A DNA stretch of 64,000 bases, taken from NCBI GenBank assembly GCA_964405295.1, contig CAYONI010000003.1:5159-69158 (forward strand), read 5' to 3'. The notes under the pieces are model-generated. The model had not been told where the DNA came from. It saw only the letters and a program-made list of their open reading frames with translations, and made no database searches. The position numbers and the translations under genes are program-made. Source of the stretch: an uncultured Methanosarcinales archaeon. Lineage in GTDB: Archaea; Nanobdellota; Nanobdellia; Woesearchaeales; CAYZNE01. Numbering within the stretch: position 1 is the stretch's first letter; each line of letters opens with the position of its first letter. Shown here in pieces: positions 1 through 9,379 of the stretch.

Positions 1-1038
1 TTGTATCATGCAAGACAATATGAAACACATAAATTTCAAAGAAAGAAATGGCTAGATGCTCTTGAATATTATAATCAGTTGAAAGATACTATCCCCGAAG
101 GAGAAGAATGGAAATTAGACAAAGAAAGAGAAATTTATGGTATGCCTTCAGAATTTAACATTCTAAGTAGCACAGAATCTAAAATAGATTATATTAATAG
201 AAGACTTAAAGAAGAAGAAGATTCTATGAGGCACATTCACGAATCAAGTGCAGCTGCAGATGCCCAGGCAAGACAGGCACAGGACAGCATTAATAACATT
301 CAAACAATTCATGATTATGGTATTAATAAAACTGCAGATTCTATTTCTCGTTTAGCAAAAAGAGTTTGGATAAAAAATGAGAATAAAAAAGATCCTGCAA
401 TGAAAGATTTATATTTAGCTCCAGAAAACTGGCAAACAGGGATGTTTGGTTCACACCCAAAAGAAATGACTGAAATTATTCAAGCATCTAGAAAGAAATT
501 TATTGCAGAAAATGAAATATCTATGGGTAAAGAAAAAGCAAAAAAAGTTGCAGAAAAAGTAATTAAATCAACTATAGATGTTGGGCATCTTAACCTATGG
601 AGAAAACATTTCCAAAGAAAAGATGGAGAAAATGATGGGTCTTATAATAAAAGGTTTGATAATTGGATGCTGAAAGAAATTGATAAAATGCATGAGAAAA
701 AAGTTTTAGGACATTTTCACCTTGCAGACAACTTTGGTTTTGATGATGAGCACCTAACTCCTGGGCAAGGTAATGCCCCAATAAAAGAGTTTGTAAAAAA
801 ACTAAAAGATAAAGGTTATGATGATTTTATAGTTGAAGCAGGAAGTTTTAATCCAACAACAACATTACAAGATACATGGTCATATTTTGGAACACCAGTT
901 TATTCAAGCCATCCAAGAGGAAGCTTTAGAGACTTTAGGCAAAGACATTTTGAGTATAAATCAACACCATTGTATATTGCAGGAGCTTATGCACCAAGCA
1001 ATCAATTCAAACTGTGGAGTGAAGTGCCTTTGCATTAA
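1..1038 (+). CDS. Xylose-isomerase-like TIM-barrel (sugar phosphate isomerase/epimerase, AP-endonuclease-2 fold) domain protein. It is 5'-truncated at the window edge, and the N-terminal region is of unknown function.
   Basis: The ORF runs to the window start. C-terminal motif HFHLADNFGFDDEHLTPGQGNAPIKEFVKKLKDKGYDDFIVEAG matches the H-x-KD...DEHL-PG-G...E signature of xylose isomerase-like TIM barrels. Confidence 0.45.
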   Translation: MYHARQYETHKFQRKKWLDALEYYNQLKDTIPEGEEWKLDKEREIYGMPSEFNILSSTESKIDYINRRLKEEEDSMRHIHESSAAADAQARQAQDSINNIQTIHDYGINKTADSISRLAKRVWIKNENKKDPAMKDLYLAPENWQTGMFGSHPKEMTEIIQASRKKFIAENEISMGKEKAKKVAEKVIKSTIDVGHLNLWRKHFQRKDGENDGSYNKRFDNWMLKEIDKMHEKKVLGHFHLADNFGFDDEHLTPGQGNAPIKEFVKKLKDKGYDDFIVEAGSFNPTTTLQDTWSYFGTPVYSSHPRGSFRDFRQRHFEYKSTPLYIAGAYAPSNQFKLWSEVPLH

Positions 1039-1085
1039 CTTTTTAAATAAGATTGAATATAATTTAGTAAAAAGGGGTGTAGTAG

Positions 1086-1895
1086 TTGGATTTCAACATA
1101 AAAAAGAATCCTATTATAGAGAAACAGGAAAAAGAATGTTCTAAGCAAGATATGGACATCGCATACAAATTTTCTAAACTGATGATTAATGAGTTTCAAG
1201 ATTTTGTGAAAGCAATAGTTCTATTTGGAAGTACAGCAAGAAAAAATAATAAAAAAGGAGATATTGATATATTAATTATAGTTGATGACGTTCTTGTAAC
1301 TTTTGATAAAGCAATAGTTCAAGGATATAGAATTCTAACACAAAATATAGTACAAAAAGTTTCAGACAGATTACACATAACTACAATGAGACTAACCAAT
1401 CTTTGGGAATATATAAAAGTAGGAGACCCAATAGCAGTAAACATATTGAGAGAAGGAATTGCAATAAGAGATACAGGATTTTTTACACCACTAAAATTAT
1501 TATTATACCAAGGAAGAATAAAACCCAGTAAAGAATCAATTGTTAACTATATTTCACGAAGTGAATATTCATTACTTAGTTCTAAAAATCATATTTTAGC
1601 AGGATGTATTGACCTTTATTGGGCAGTAATTGATGCTGCAGAAGCTGCACTCATGAAAATAAATGAGATTCCACCTGGCCCAAGCCATGTTCACAATCTA
1701 ATTGAACAAAAGTTTGTAAAAACAGGCAAGATTGAGAAGAAATACTCTTTAATGTTACACGAATTCTATCACTTAAATAAAGCGATAGAACATAAAGAAA
1801 TCACATATATACCTGCAGAACAATATGATAAATATCTAAGCGATGCTCAGGATTTTGTTGAGTGCATGCAGAAGATTATTGACAGTTCGGAATAA
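1086..1895 (+). CDS. Minimal nucleotidyltransferase (Pol-beta superfamily) fused to a C-terminal helical substrate-binding (HEPN-like, non-catalytic) domain
   Basis: LFGSTARKNNKKGDIDILIIVDD is the GS-x(9-13)-DxD nucleotidyltransferase motif. The C-terminal all-helical region resembles the HI0074/KNTase_C partner domain. No Rx4-6H motif was seen. Confidence 0.6.
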   Translation: MDFNIKKNPIIEKQEKECSKQDMDIAYKFSKLMINEFQDFVKAIVLFGSTARKNNKKGDIDILIIVDDVLVTFDKAIVQGYRILTQNIVQKVSDRLHITTMRLTNLWEYIKVGDPIAVNILREGIAIRDTGFFTPLKLLLYQGRIKPSKESIVNYISRSEYSLLSSKNHILAGCIDLYWAVIDAAEAALMKINEIPPGPSHVHNLIEQKFVKTGKIEKKYSLMLHEFYHLNKAIEHKEITYIPAEQYDKYLSDAQDFVECMQKIIDSSE

Positions 1896-1947
1896 TTCTT
1901 TTTAAATATACAAAACGTTTAAATATAGTAGTAGATATATAGGTGTT

Positions 1948-3039
1948 ATGTCGTTTGATACAAGTATAATAGAAAAGAATAGGAAAAACCTTGCACAGAA
2001 GCAGCAAGCAAAACAGGAAAGTATCAAAGCTGGCCTAAAGAGTAACAAACCTTCTTACCTTGGAAAAGTAAAAAAAGAAGAAGTTCTTTCAGTTGTCAAA
2101 AATAAAGGTCCAATTACAACAACAGAACTAAAAAGAGAATTAAAAGTTGAAACATACCTTATCTCTGCAATTCTATCAGAGCTTGTTAATAGTAAAGTTA
2201 TAAAACTTACAGATGTAAAAAAAGGCACAGGAATATTTTATTATACGCCAGGCCAAGAACCAAAACTTGAAGGGTTAATGAGTTATCTTAACCCAAAAGA
2301 TCAAGACACAGTAAAATTACTAAAAGAAAAAAAGGTTATTGAAGATAAAACACAAGAACTCTTTACAAGAGTTTCTGTAAGAAAAATTAAAGATTATGCA
2401 ACCCCAATAAATATTCGAATATCTAAAGATGAAGTAAGATTGTTCTGGAAATATTTCTTAGTTAGTGATGAAGAAGCTAAAGCAGTTATAAGAGAAATAT
2501 TAAGACCATTAGTTGAACCAAAAGCTCAAGACAAAACAAGTAAAATAGAAATAAAAGAACCAACCCAGAAACCTAAAAAAATAACTCCTATAATAAATAA
2601 GCTCATTAAAACAAAAGATAATTTGCCTTTCAAAGAAAAGAAAATAGAACAACAGAGAACATTACAACCAGTGATAAGAGATGAAAAGACTATAGATCAT
2701 AATATAGATGAAAAACTTATCGGAACAAAATTTTACGAAGAATTAAAACATAGTTTTTATGAAAAAGGAATTATAATTGAAAGTGCAAAACAAATAAGAA
2801 AAGGAAAAGATTTAGATTTAATACTTTTAATAAAAACTCCTCTTGGAAAATCAAGATATTACGCAAAGTATAAAAGCAAAAAGAGATGTAACGATGCAGA
2901 CATTAGCACCGCGGTTGTTATTGCTCAATCAAAAAATCTTCCTGCTGCATTCATCACCACTGGAGAGATTGCAAAAAAGACAAAAGAAAATATTAACACA
3001 CTGTTTCACAATGTTATGATCGTTGAGAGGTTTGAATAA
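1948..3039 (+). CDS. Hypothetical protein with an N-terminal winged-helix-like region and a possible C-terminal PD-(D/E)xK-like nuclease fold
   Basis: The central segment ITTTELKRELKVETYLISAILSELVN looks like a wHTH. The C-terminal segment IIIESAKQIRKGKDLDLILLIK...YYAKYKSKK fits a loose E...D...xK pattern. This is weak and inferred. Confidence 0.25.
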   Translation: MSFDTSIIEKNRKNLAQKQQAKQESIKAGLKSNKPSYLGKVKKEEVLSVVKNKGPITTTELKRELKVETYLISAILSELVNSKVIKLTDVKKGTGIFYYTPGQEPKLEGLMSYLNPKDQDTVKLLKEKKVIEDKTQELFTRVSVRKIKDYATPINIRISKDEVRLFWKYFLVSDEEAKAVIREILRPLVEPKAQDKTSKIEIKEPTQKPKKITPIINKLIKTKDNLPFKEKKIEQQRTLQPVIRDEKTIDHNIDEKLIGTKFYEELKHSFYEKGIIIESAKQIRKGKDLDLILLIKTPLGKSRYYAKYKSKKRCNDADISTAVVIAQSKNLPAAFITTGEIAKKTKENINTLFHNVMIVERFE

Positions 3040-3040
3040 G

Positions 3041-4063
3041 GTGGGAACAGCAATAACTAGTATATTAAAGATAAAAGAAATTCAAATCAAAGATCTTGCA
3101 AATAAGATTCTTGTTGTTGACGGACAGAATATGCTCTATCAATTTCTAACAACAATAAGACAACAAGACGGATCTTTGTTAACAGATTCAAAAGGTAGAG
3201 TTACAAGTCATTTAATTGGTTTAATCTCAAGAGTTACTAATTTTCTTGGTAAAAAACTAAAACTAGTGTTTGTTTTTGATGGAGAAGCCCCAGAACTAAA
3301 GCATAAAGAACTTCAAAAAAGAAAAGAAGGCAAAATACATGCAGAGAAACAATATGAAGAAGCGAAATCTGCAAAGAACATTGAAGATATGAAAAAGTTT
3401 GCAGGAAGAACAACAAGATTAACAAAAGAAATGGTTGCAGAAGCAACATTACTTCTAAAAGCAATGGGAATTCCTGTTATCCAAGCACCATCTGAAGGAG
3501 AATGCCAAGCTTCACACATGGTTGCAAGAGGAGATGCCTATGCAGTTGTCAGTCAAGATGCAGATTCATTGGTTTTTGGTGCAACAAGAGTTGTCCGTAA
3601 TCTAAATGTTTCTGGCAAAAGAAAAGTTGGCGCAATGTACAAATCTATTAGCCCTGAACTAATTGGATTAACAGAAAACCTTAACGAGTTAGGTATTGAC
3701 AGAGAACAACTCATCCTTGTTTCTATGCTCGTGGGAACAGACTTTAATATTGGTGGAATAAAAGGTATTGGTCCTAAGAAAGCATTAAAGTTAGTTAAAG
3801 AATTCAAAGATCAAGAAAAGATATTTGAAGAGGCAAAATGGGATGAACATTTTGATATTAGTTGGAAAAGAGTTTATGATACAATAAAAAATATTCCTGT
3901 TACAGATGATTATAAAATTAAATGGGAAAACTTTAATAGGGATAAAATAATTAAATTACTTGTTGATGAACATGATTTCTCGATGGATAGAGTTAATTCT
4001 CTTCTTGAGAAACTTGAGAGTGCGAATAAGGAAAAGATGCAGAAGAGCTTATTTGAATACTAG
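3041..4063 (+). CDS. fen: Flap endonuclease 1 (FEN-1)
   Basis: XPG-N region ILVVDGQNMLYQFL...LVFVFDGEAPELK. XPG-I region with acidic residues. H3TH region GTDFNIGGIKGIGPKKALKLV. The likely start is GTG at 3041, immediately after the upstream stop; the ORF track extends to 3023. Confidence 0.9.
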   Translation: MGTAITSILKIKEIQIKDLANKILVVDGQNMLYQFLTTIRQQDGSLLTDSKGRVTSHLIGLISRVTNFLGKKLKLVFVFDGEAPELKHKELQKRKEGKIHAEKQYEEAKSAKNIEDMKKFAGRTTRLTKEMVAEATLLLKAMGIPVIQAPSEGECQASHMVARGDAYAVVSQDADSLVFGATRVVRNLNVSGKRKVGAMYKSISPELIGLTENLNELGIDREQLILVSMLVGTDFNIGGIKGIGPKKALKLVKEFKDQEKIFEEAKWDEHFDISWKRVYDTIKNIPVTDDYKIKWENFNRDKIIKLLVDEHDFSMDRVNSLLEKLESANKEKMQKSLFEY

Positions 4064-4072
4064 GTGAGATAA

Positions 4073-4660
4073 ATGAAAATACCAACTGAAATAACAGAAC
4101 ATAAAATTATGAGGCAAAAGTCTAGATTTATTGCACACATCATACCAATTGAATCAGTAAATGAGCTTAGCCCTCACCTAGACAAAATAAAAGAGAAATA
4201 CAAACAAGCAACACACATTCCCTATGCATATAAATTAACAAAATATGAAGATGGAATGATTACCAATAATGAAAGATATTCTGATGGAGGAGAACCAACT
4301 AAAACTGCAGGATATCCTTTACTGAGATTAATTCACAATAAAAAATTGACAAACATCTTAATTATTGTTGTTAGAATCTATGGTGGTGTAAAACTTGGCA
4401 TGGGTGGATTGATGAAAGCATTTACAGAGGTTGCAGAAGTCGCACTTGAGAATAATAAAATTATTGAAAAAGAATTATGTGAAGAAATTAAACTAAAAAC
4501 AAATATTAAAGATTACAAAAATCTTGAAATTATTCTAAAGAAACACAAAATAAAATTTAAGCACGAGTTTGGTTCAGATGCAGTTAGAGTCACAGCGTTT
4601 ATTCCAATAGATAGGGAAGAAGAGCTCAAAAATCATATAAAACAATTTTTGGCACCATAA
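4073..4660 (+). CDS. IMPACT/YigZ (UPF0029) family protein
   Basis: KSRFIAHI...AYK...DGGEPTKTAGYPLLRL matches the IMPACT-N signature (DDGEP-GTAG-P-L). Confidence 0.75.
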   Translation: MKIPTEITEHKIMRQKSRFIAHIIPIESVNELSPHLDKIKEKYKQATHIPYAYKLTKYEDGMITNNERYSDGGEPTKTAGYPLLRLIHNKKLTNILIIVVRIYGGVKLGMGGLMKAFTEVAEVALENNKIIEKELCEEIKLKTNIKDYKNLEIILKKHKIKFKHEFGSDAVRVTAFIPIDREEELKNHIKQFLAP

Positions 4661-4761
4661 TACTGGAAATAAAAGAAGTGCTTAACAATTATATTTAAAT
4701 TGTTGGCGACTATAAGCAGATATTGAGCAGTTATCTCAAGGACAAGCCAGGTCAAAGCTAA

Positions 4762-5520
4762 TTGCAAAACCTTAAATATGATGTAGATATTAAACAAAAT
4801 ATAACTAAAATGCAAGCATATTATAATGAGGAAATTGTTCCTAGTGAAGTCAAGGAAAATTATTATGAAATAAGATTCTATGGAGATGACTTTGACTGTT
4901 TATTCTCAGATAGAGAGTATAATGAGTTCTTAACATATGAATTAAAAGATATTTCCATAATTAAGAATAAAATAAAAGAAATAATGCCTGAAGGAATATT
5001 AATTAGTGGTGGAGAACCTCTACTCCAAAGACAAACCCTATTAAATATATTTAACTTTTGCAAAAAGAACAAAATAAAAACAGGAATAATAACTAATGCT
5101 AGCAAACCAGAAGTTCTTGGAAGCTTACTTAAATCAGGAATTGTTGATACAGTTATTGTTGATCTAAAAACAGGAAAAGACAATTTTAAAAAAATAACAA
5201 AAGCAGGAACCTTCTTTAAACCAACAAAAGAAATTTATGAAGATGTCCTAAAAAGTATTAGAATTCTAAAGAAATATGATCAAGAAACAGAAATAATATT
5301 TAGAACAACCGTTATTCCAGGTTATGTTTTTAGAAAAGAGACTTTTATCGAAATTGGAAAATCAATAAAAGATATCAATGCAATATGGGAACTTAACAAG
5401 TTTATTGCAGATGAGAAATCACTTTTCAGAAATATTTCTCCCCCTTCAGATAATTTTATGATCAATCTCAGAGAAATTCTAGAAAAAGAATTTGACAAAA
5501 TAAAGGTTTTAATAGATTAA
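4762..5520 (+). CDS. Radical-SAM-like / TIM-barrel protein with a GGEPLL motif but no CxxxCxxC cluster. A later ATG start at about 4810 is plausible.
   Basis: ILISGGEPLLQRQTLLNIF...GIITNASKP resembles the glycine-rich SAM-binding region of radical SAM activases. No cysteine triad is present in the N-terminus. The track start is TTG. Confidence 0.3.
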   Translation: MQNLKYDVDIKQNITKMQAYYNEEIVPSEVKENYYEIRFYGDDFDCLFSDREYNEFLTYELKDISIIKNKIKEIMPEGILISGGEPLLQRQTLLNIFNFCKKNKIKTGIITNASKPEVLGSLLKSGIVDTVIVDLKTGKDNFKKITKAGTFFKPTKEIYEDVLKSIRILKKYDQETEIIFRTTVIPGYVFRKETFIEIGKSIKDINAIWELNKFIADEKSLFRNISPPSDNFMINLREILEKEFDKIKVLID

Positions 5521-5538
5521 AATTGAAAACCTTTTTAT

Positions 5539-6345
5539 ATGAATAACCTAAAAGTAAAATGTATGAAAAGAAAAATTACATTTATCATGATTCTTAGTTT
5601 ATTACTAATAATAGTTTCTCAAACAGCTACAGCAACACAATACTCTGATATAAATGAATCTGCAATGCAAATTCATTTATTTAATCCAAAATACAATTTT
5701 ACTTATGATAACGTGACTCGTTTAGTATTTAACTTTGAATCAACTGGAACTTGTGATGTCTATACTAATTATACTGGAAGATGGAAAAAGATTGGTGAAA
5801 AGTTCTGGATCTTAGATGGTAGTGGAACTGCACAAATAATTTATGTAAATTTTACTAATGCAGGTACATATGATTGGAATGTTCATTGTTATAATGTAAG
5901 TGGAGGAGATAGCACCTGGGCAGAAGAATACAACAGACAATTTTATATTGTCCCCCCAATAGATCCTCCTGAAATAAATGATACTGAAGAGATAAATCAA
6001 ACACCACAAAATAACGAAACAAACCAAACAATAAACAATACTCAAACACCACAAAATAACGAAACAAACCAAACACAAACAAACGAAAGTGTAAATATCA
6101 AAGAACCGGTTCTACTTAATTGCGCTGGTTGTGAAAATAAGGGTATTTGCTACGAATTTGAAGCGAAAATTATGATTGATGGTAAACAAGCTACATGTAA
6201 TCCAGAAGGAGTATTTACAAGACCAATGGAGAATGGTGAGACTTGTTCAGAAAATGCTGATTGCGCATCTAACTATTGTCTAAATAGTTTTTGTAGAACT
6301 GATTGGATCATAACAACAATTCTTGCCGCATTTGGATTTTATTAA
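5539..6345 (+). CDS. Secreted/surface protein with tandem N-x-T-rich repeats, a Cys-rich module and a C-terminal TM anchor
   Basis: N-terminal signal/TM segment. Repeated NETNQT(Q)NNTQTPQ units encoded by a 30-bp direct nucleotide repeat. Cys-rich C-terminal region. Terminal hydrophobic tail WIITTILAAFGFY. Confidence 0.55.
   Translation: MNNLKVKCMKRKITFIMILSLLLIIVSQTATATQYSDINESAMQIHLFNPKYNFTYDNVTRLVFNFESTGTCDVYTNYTGRWKKIGEKFWILDGSGTAQIIYVNFTNAGTYDWNVHCYNVSGGDSTWAEEYNRQFYIVPPIDPPEINDTEEINQTPQNNETNQTINNTQTPQNNETNQTQTNESVNIKEPVLLNCAGCENKGICYEFEAKIMIDGKQATCNPEGVFTRPMENGETCSENADCASNYCLNSFCRTDWIITTILAAFGFY
6001..6075 (+). repeat. Intragenic direct repeat: two 30-bp copies of acaccacaaaataacgaaacaaaccaaaca with a 45-bp period
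   Basis: Identical 30-mers at 6001-6030 and 6046-6075, inside the surface-protein CDS. Confidence 0.9.
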
Positions 6346-6361
6346 ACTAAAATTTATATTT

Positions 6362-6715
6362 TTAATGATCACAACCAACTGTTAAATCTTCTAAATTATC
6401 AATATTTTCTATAACTTCTTTAAGAATATGGAAATTACCAGTTTTCATAGCAACTTCTTTCTCAGCAAAAAGCCCTAGAGCCCTTTTACCAACACCTAAA
6501 GAAAATACGGCATCAGGTTCAAATTTCATCATTTGATCTACCGGAGTTAAATGAGCATTTGAATGATTAATTTCATTCTTAACTATGCTTAAATCTTTTG
6601 TTTTAGTATCAAATATTGCAAAATAAAGGCAATGACCAAAATGCTCACTTAAAACTGAATATTCTCCATTATTATTGTTTATAGCAATTAGCAATTTCAT
6701 TTTATAACACCTCAA
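6362..6715 (-). CDS. NifX/NifB-C-like (dinitrogenase FeMo-cofactor biosynthesis family, PF02579-like) small protein
   Basis: About 115 aa. Shares the fold pattern of the adjacent paralog. Overlaps the neighbour by 14 nt. Family assignment is by similarity to the better-conserved paralog at 6702-7025. Confidence 0.5.
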   Translation of the reverse strand: MRCYKMKLLIAINNNNGEYSVLSEHFGHCLYFAIFDTKTKDLSIVKNEINHSNAHLTPVDQMMKFEPDAVFSLGVGKRALGLFAEKEVAMKTGNFHILKEVIENIDNLEDLTVGCDH

Positions 6716-7025
6716 ATGCTTGTTTTATGGTTTTGTTTGGTATTTCTTTATATTTAATTCCTTTTTCTTCTAGCACAGGAATCATATTAGAACCAAATTT
6801 ACCTGCAACAACCAATCCTACATTTTCTTTAGCAAGCATGTGCGCAACACTAAATCCTGCGCCACCACTACCTTTTGCAAAAGGATTCTTTATTACTTTT
6901 ACTAGCTTCTTGTCTTCAAATAACAAAAAATATGGGGTTCGCCCTGCAGTTGGACAAATCATTGCATCAATATTGTCTTTTTCAGCTGCTATTGCTACTT
7001 TTATATTTTCATTTTTATCTTCCAT
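6702..7025 (-). CDS. NifX/NifB-C-like (PF02579-like) small protein
   Basis: IKVAIAAEKDNIDAMICPTAGRTPYFLLFED...GSGGAGFSVAHMLAKENVGLVVAGKFGSNMIPVLEEKGI matches the R-PYF / GGAG / G-N...L...GI pattern of this family. Confidence 0.65.
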   Translation of the reverse strand: MEDKNENIKVAIAAEKDNIDAMICPTAGRTPYFLLFEDKKLVKVIKNPFAKGSGGAGFSVAHMLAKENVGLVVAGKFGSNMIPVLEEKGIKYKEIPNKTIKQAFEVL

Positions 7026-7036
7026 TTTTTACCTTC

Positions 7037-8380
7037 TTATTTATTTCTATTAAAAATAACAGTTTGAGCTGCACTTATTATTGGGTATTTTGTTGGTGCA
7101 GCTGTTAATTTTGGGTGAGTTGCAACTTGCAAAGTCTCTAATTCTGTTAATAATGTATTTTTTTGTATTGCTAAACCAATAATATTAATTAATTCACCAC
7201 AAGAACATCCACCTGCAACTTGACCACCCAGTAACTTTTCTGATTCTTTAGAAAATAATAGTTTCAGTTTAATATTAGCTACACCGGGCATCTTTCCCGG
7301 ATGTTTATCAGGACATTCTACAGATCCGACCATAATATTCATACCCTTTTTATTGGCAGCAGTTTCAGTTAATCCTACTGCAGCAAGTGTTAAATTACCA
7401 ATTTCTGTTGAATAACTAGCTATAGTACCTTTACTTTTTAATTTAGCATCTTCTTTGTAAAGGTTCAATCCAGCAATTCTTGCTTCAGCAGTTGCAATAG
7501 ATGCCAGCATTATATTAACAGGATCCTGTGTGAAAAAAGATTTCTTTTCTGCACAATCTCCAACTGCGAATATATTTGGATCTGAAGTTTCCATATATTC
7601 ATTAACTATGATTCCTTTATGTTTATCAACAACTACACCTGCTTGTTCAGCTAATTTAGAGTTAGGTGTTGCACCCATACCTAAAATAACCATATCCGCA
7701 GGGATGGAATTACCATTAGAAAGAGAAACTGAATTAACCTCTTCATCTCCGTTTATTTTTTCAACTTTAGACCCAGTAATTATATTAACACCCTGTTTAG
7801 AAAGAAAATCATGCGCTAGTTGCGCAAATTCTTTATCAAATGAATTTGAAAGAATATCAGCACTTAACTCAACAAGATAAATATTAACCTCATTTAATTT
7901 AGATAATTCATCAGCAAATTCAACTCCAATAAATCCTCCACCAATTATAACAATATTTTTTGATGCAAATATTTTTTCTTTTAAATTTTTAAGATAATTA
8001 AACTCCTTGTAAATTGAATAAACTCCTTTTTTTTCAACACCTTCTATTTTTGGAATTATCGGGTTTGATCCTATAGCAAGAATTAATTTTTCATATTCAA
8101 ATGAATCATTATTAGTTTTTATTACTTTTAATTCTTTATTTATATTAATAACTTCATCAACCTTAATCTCTACTTTATTACTTGTTAATGGAGCATCTCC
8201 CAAAAGATTATCTTCTGGATTCTCTAACGTTTTAAACATATAAGGAATACCACAGGGTACAACCCCCTTGCCAACACTTTTTATAAGTAAAATTTTCTTA
8301 TTTGGATAGTGTTTTCGTGCAGTAACTGCACTAATTATTCCTGCAGGGCCACCACCAATAACTATAATTTCATATTTCAT
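7037..8380 (-). CDS. FAD-dependent pyridine-nucleotide-disulfide oxidoreductase of the CoA-disulfide reductase / NADH oxidase (single redox Cys) type
   Basis: N-terminal FAD motif IIVIGGGPAG. Redox cysteine in VVPCGIPY, matching the Nox/CoADR SFxxCxLPY motif. Second dinucleotide motif IVIIGGGFIGVE. Length 447 aa. Confidence 0.8.
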   Translation of the reverse strand: MKYEIIVIGGGPAGIISAVTARKHYPNKKILLIKSVGKGVVPCGIPYMFKTLENPEDNLLGDAPLTSNKVEIKVDEVININKELKVIKTNNDSFEYEKLILAIGSNPIIPKIEGVEKKGVYSIYKEFNYLKNLKEKIFASKNIVIIGGGFIGVEFADELSKLNEVNIYLVELSADILSNSFDKEFAQLAHDFLSKQGVNIITGSKVEKINGDEEVNSVSLSNGNSIPADMVILGMGATPNSKLAEQAGVVVDKHKGIIVNEYMETSDPNIFAVGDCAEKKSFFTQDPVNIMLASIATAEARIAGLNLYKEDAKLKSKGTIASYSTEIGNLTLAAVGLTETAANKKGMNIMVGSVECPDKHPGKMPGVANIKLKLLFSKESEKLLGGQVAGGCSCGELINIIGLAIQKNTLLTELETLQVATHPKLTAAPTKYPIISAAQTVIFNRNK

Positions 8381-8434
8381 TTTTACACCTTATTCTTTTT
8401 TATTAATTAAAAATAAATACATATAATAAATTAA

Positions 8435-8953
8435 TTATTTAAAAATCCTATGCCTTTTTACTACCATTAACTTTTCTATAAGTAGTCCTTGAGCAACAGA
8501 TATGAAAATCATTACTATTGTCAATACTATTGTGAACAATAAACCAAAATATACAATAATCATTGGCAATAAGGGTATTTTAATTGCACGATTATATAAG
8601 AATGCAGCAATCAATCCTTTTCTTACACCTTCCTCTTCTAATTCACTGAGCAAAGGATACCACATATAAATTGGGCCTGTTGAAATTATCCCTGCAACTA
8701 TTGAAATAAACCATCCTTTAATCCCCGATTTCTTTCCCATATACTTAACAAGGGTTTTGTGTTTTACAAAATAATTAGTTATAACCATTAAAACAAAAAC
8801 TAATAATATAATAGGAATAACTTTTAATATTGTCTCTAGAAAAATCTTTATTGTTGGAGCAATAATATTAGAATCAATAAAAAACGTAACTATATACGCA
8901 AGTATTACCATTAATAAAAAATACCACCCTGTATAACTTTTTTCAGTGGTCAT
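8435..8953 (-). CDS. Permease, DUF318/YraQ-like, C-terminal half
   Basis: Polytopic membrane protein. ATGA overlap with the upstream half. This neighbourhood (ArsR, redox genes, DUF318) is typical for the family. Confidence 0.5.
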   Translation of the reverse strand: MTTEKSYTGWYFLLMVILAYIVTFFIDSNIIAPTIKIFLETILKVIPIILLVFVLMVITNYFVKHKTLVKYMGKKSGIKGWFISIVAGIISTGPIYMWYPLLSELEEEGVRKGLIAAFLYNRAIKIPLLPMIIVYFGLLFTIVLTIVMIFISVAQGLLIEKLMVVKRHRIFK

Positions 8954-9375
8954 AGTAAACTCACCACACCAACTGTAATTACTGCCACAATAATTGAAAA
9001 TACAAATGCAGTAATATTTCTTGTTATAGCAAATCTCTTTCCTAATAACATTGATTCAGCAGGTAATTGCACTAATCCAACAGTAACCCATGCAACAATA
9101 AATGCTGTTACTGCAATCAAACTTACTCCTTGAGTTAAAAGTTCTCCTCCAATAATATAACTGGTAATTGGATTTCCTGCAAGAATGCTCCCTATTGAAC
9201 TTCCTATGATTGAATCAATTAAATAATTATTTTTGAATAATAATGAATAGGCAGAAGTAGGGATTATTGTACTAATTAAACTAATTAGTAAAATTACCCC
9301 TAACAATATTGGAAGTGAATTTCCCAATCCTTTTCCTGCTTTTACTACAGATTGTTTAAGTTTTTTTATGTTCAT
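8950..9375 (-). CDS. Permease, DUF318/YraQ-like, N-terminal half
   Basis: LPILLGVILLISLISTIIP...GNPITSYIIGGELLTQGVS. Polytopic. Translationally coupled to 8435-8953. Confidence 0.5.
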   Translation of the reverse strand: MNIKKLKQSVVKAGKGLGNSLPILLGVILLISLISTIIPTSAYSLLFKNNYLIDSIIGSSIGSILAGNPITSYIIGGELLTQGVSLIAVTAFIVAWVTVGLVQLPAESMLLGKRFAITRNITAFVFSIIVAVITVGVVSLL

Positions 9376-9379
9376 CTTT

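Noticed and set aside
8435-9375. Split DUF318 permease considered as a frameshifted pseudogene
   Set aside because: The two halves overlap by a clean ATGA stop/start, and each has intact hydrophobic topology. Two-gene versions of this permease family exist, so I kept them as two genes. A single-copy check against reads would settle it.
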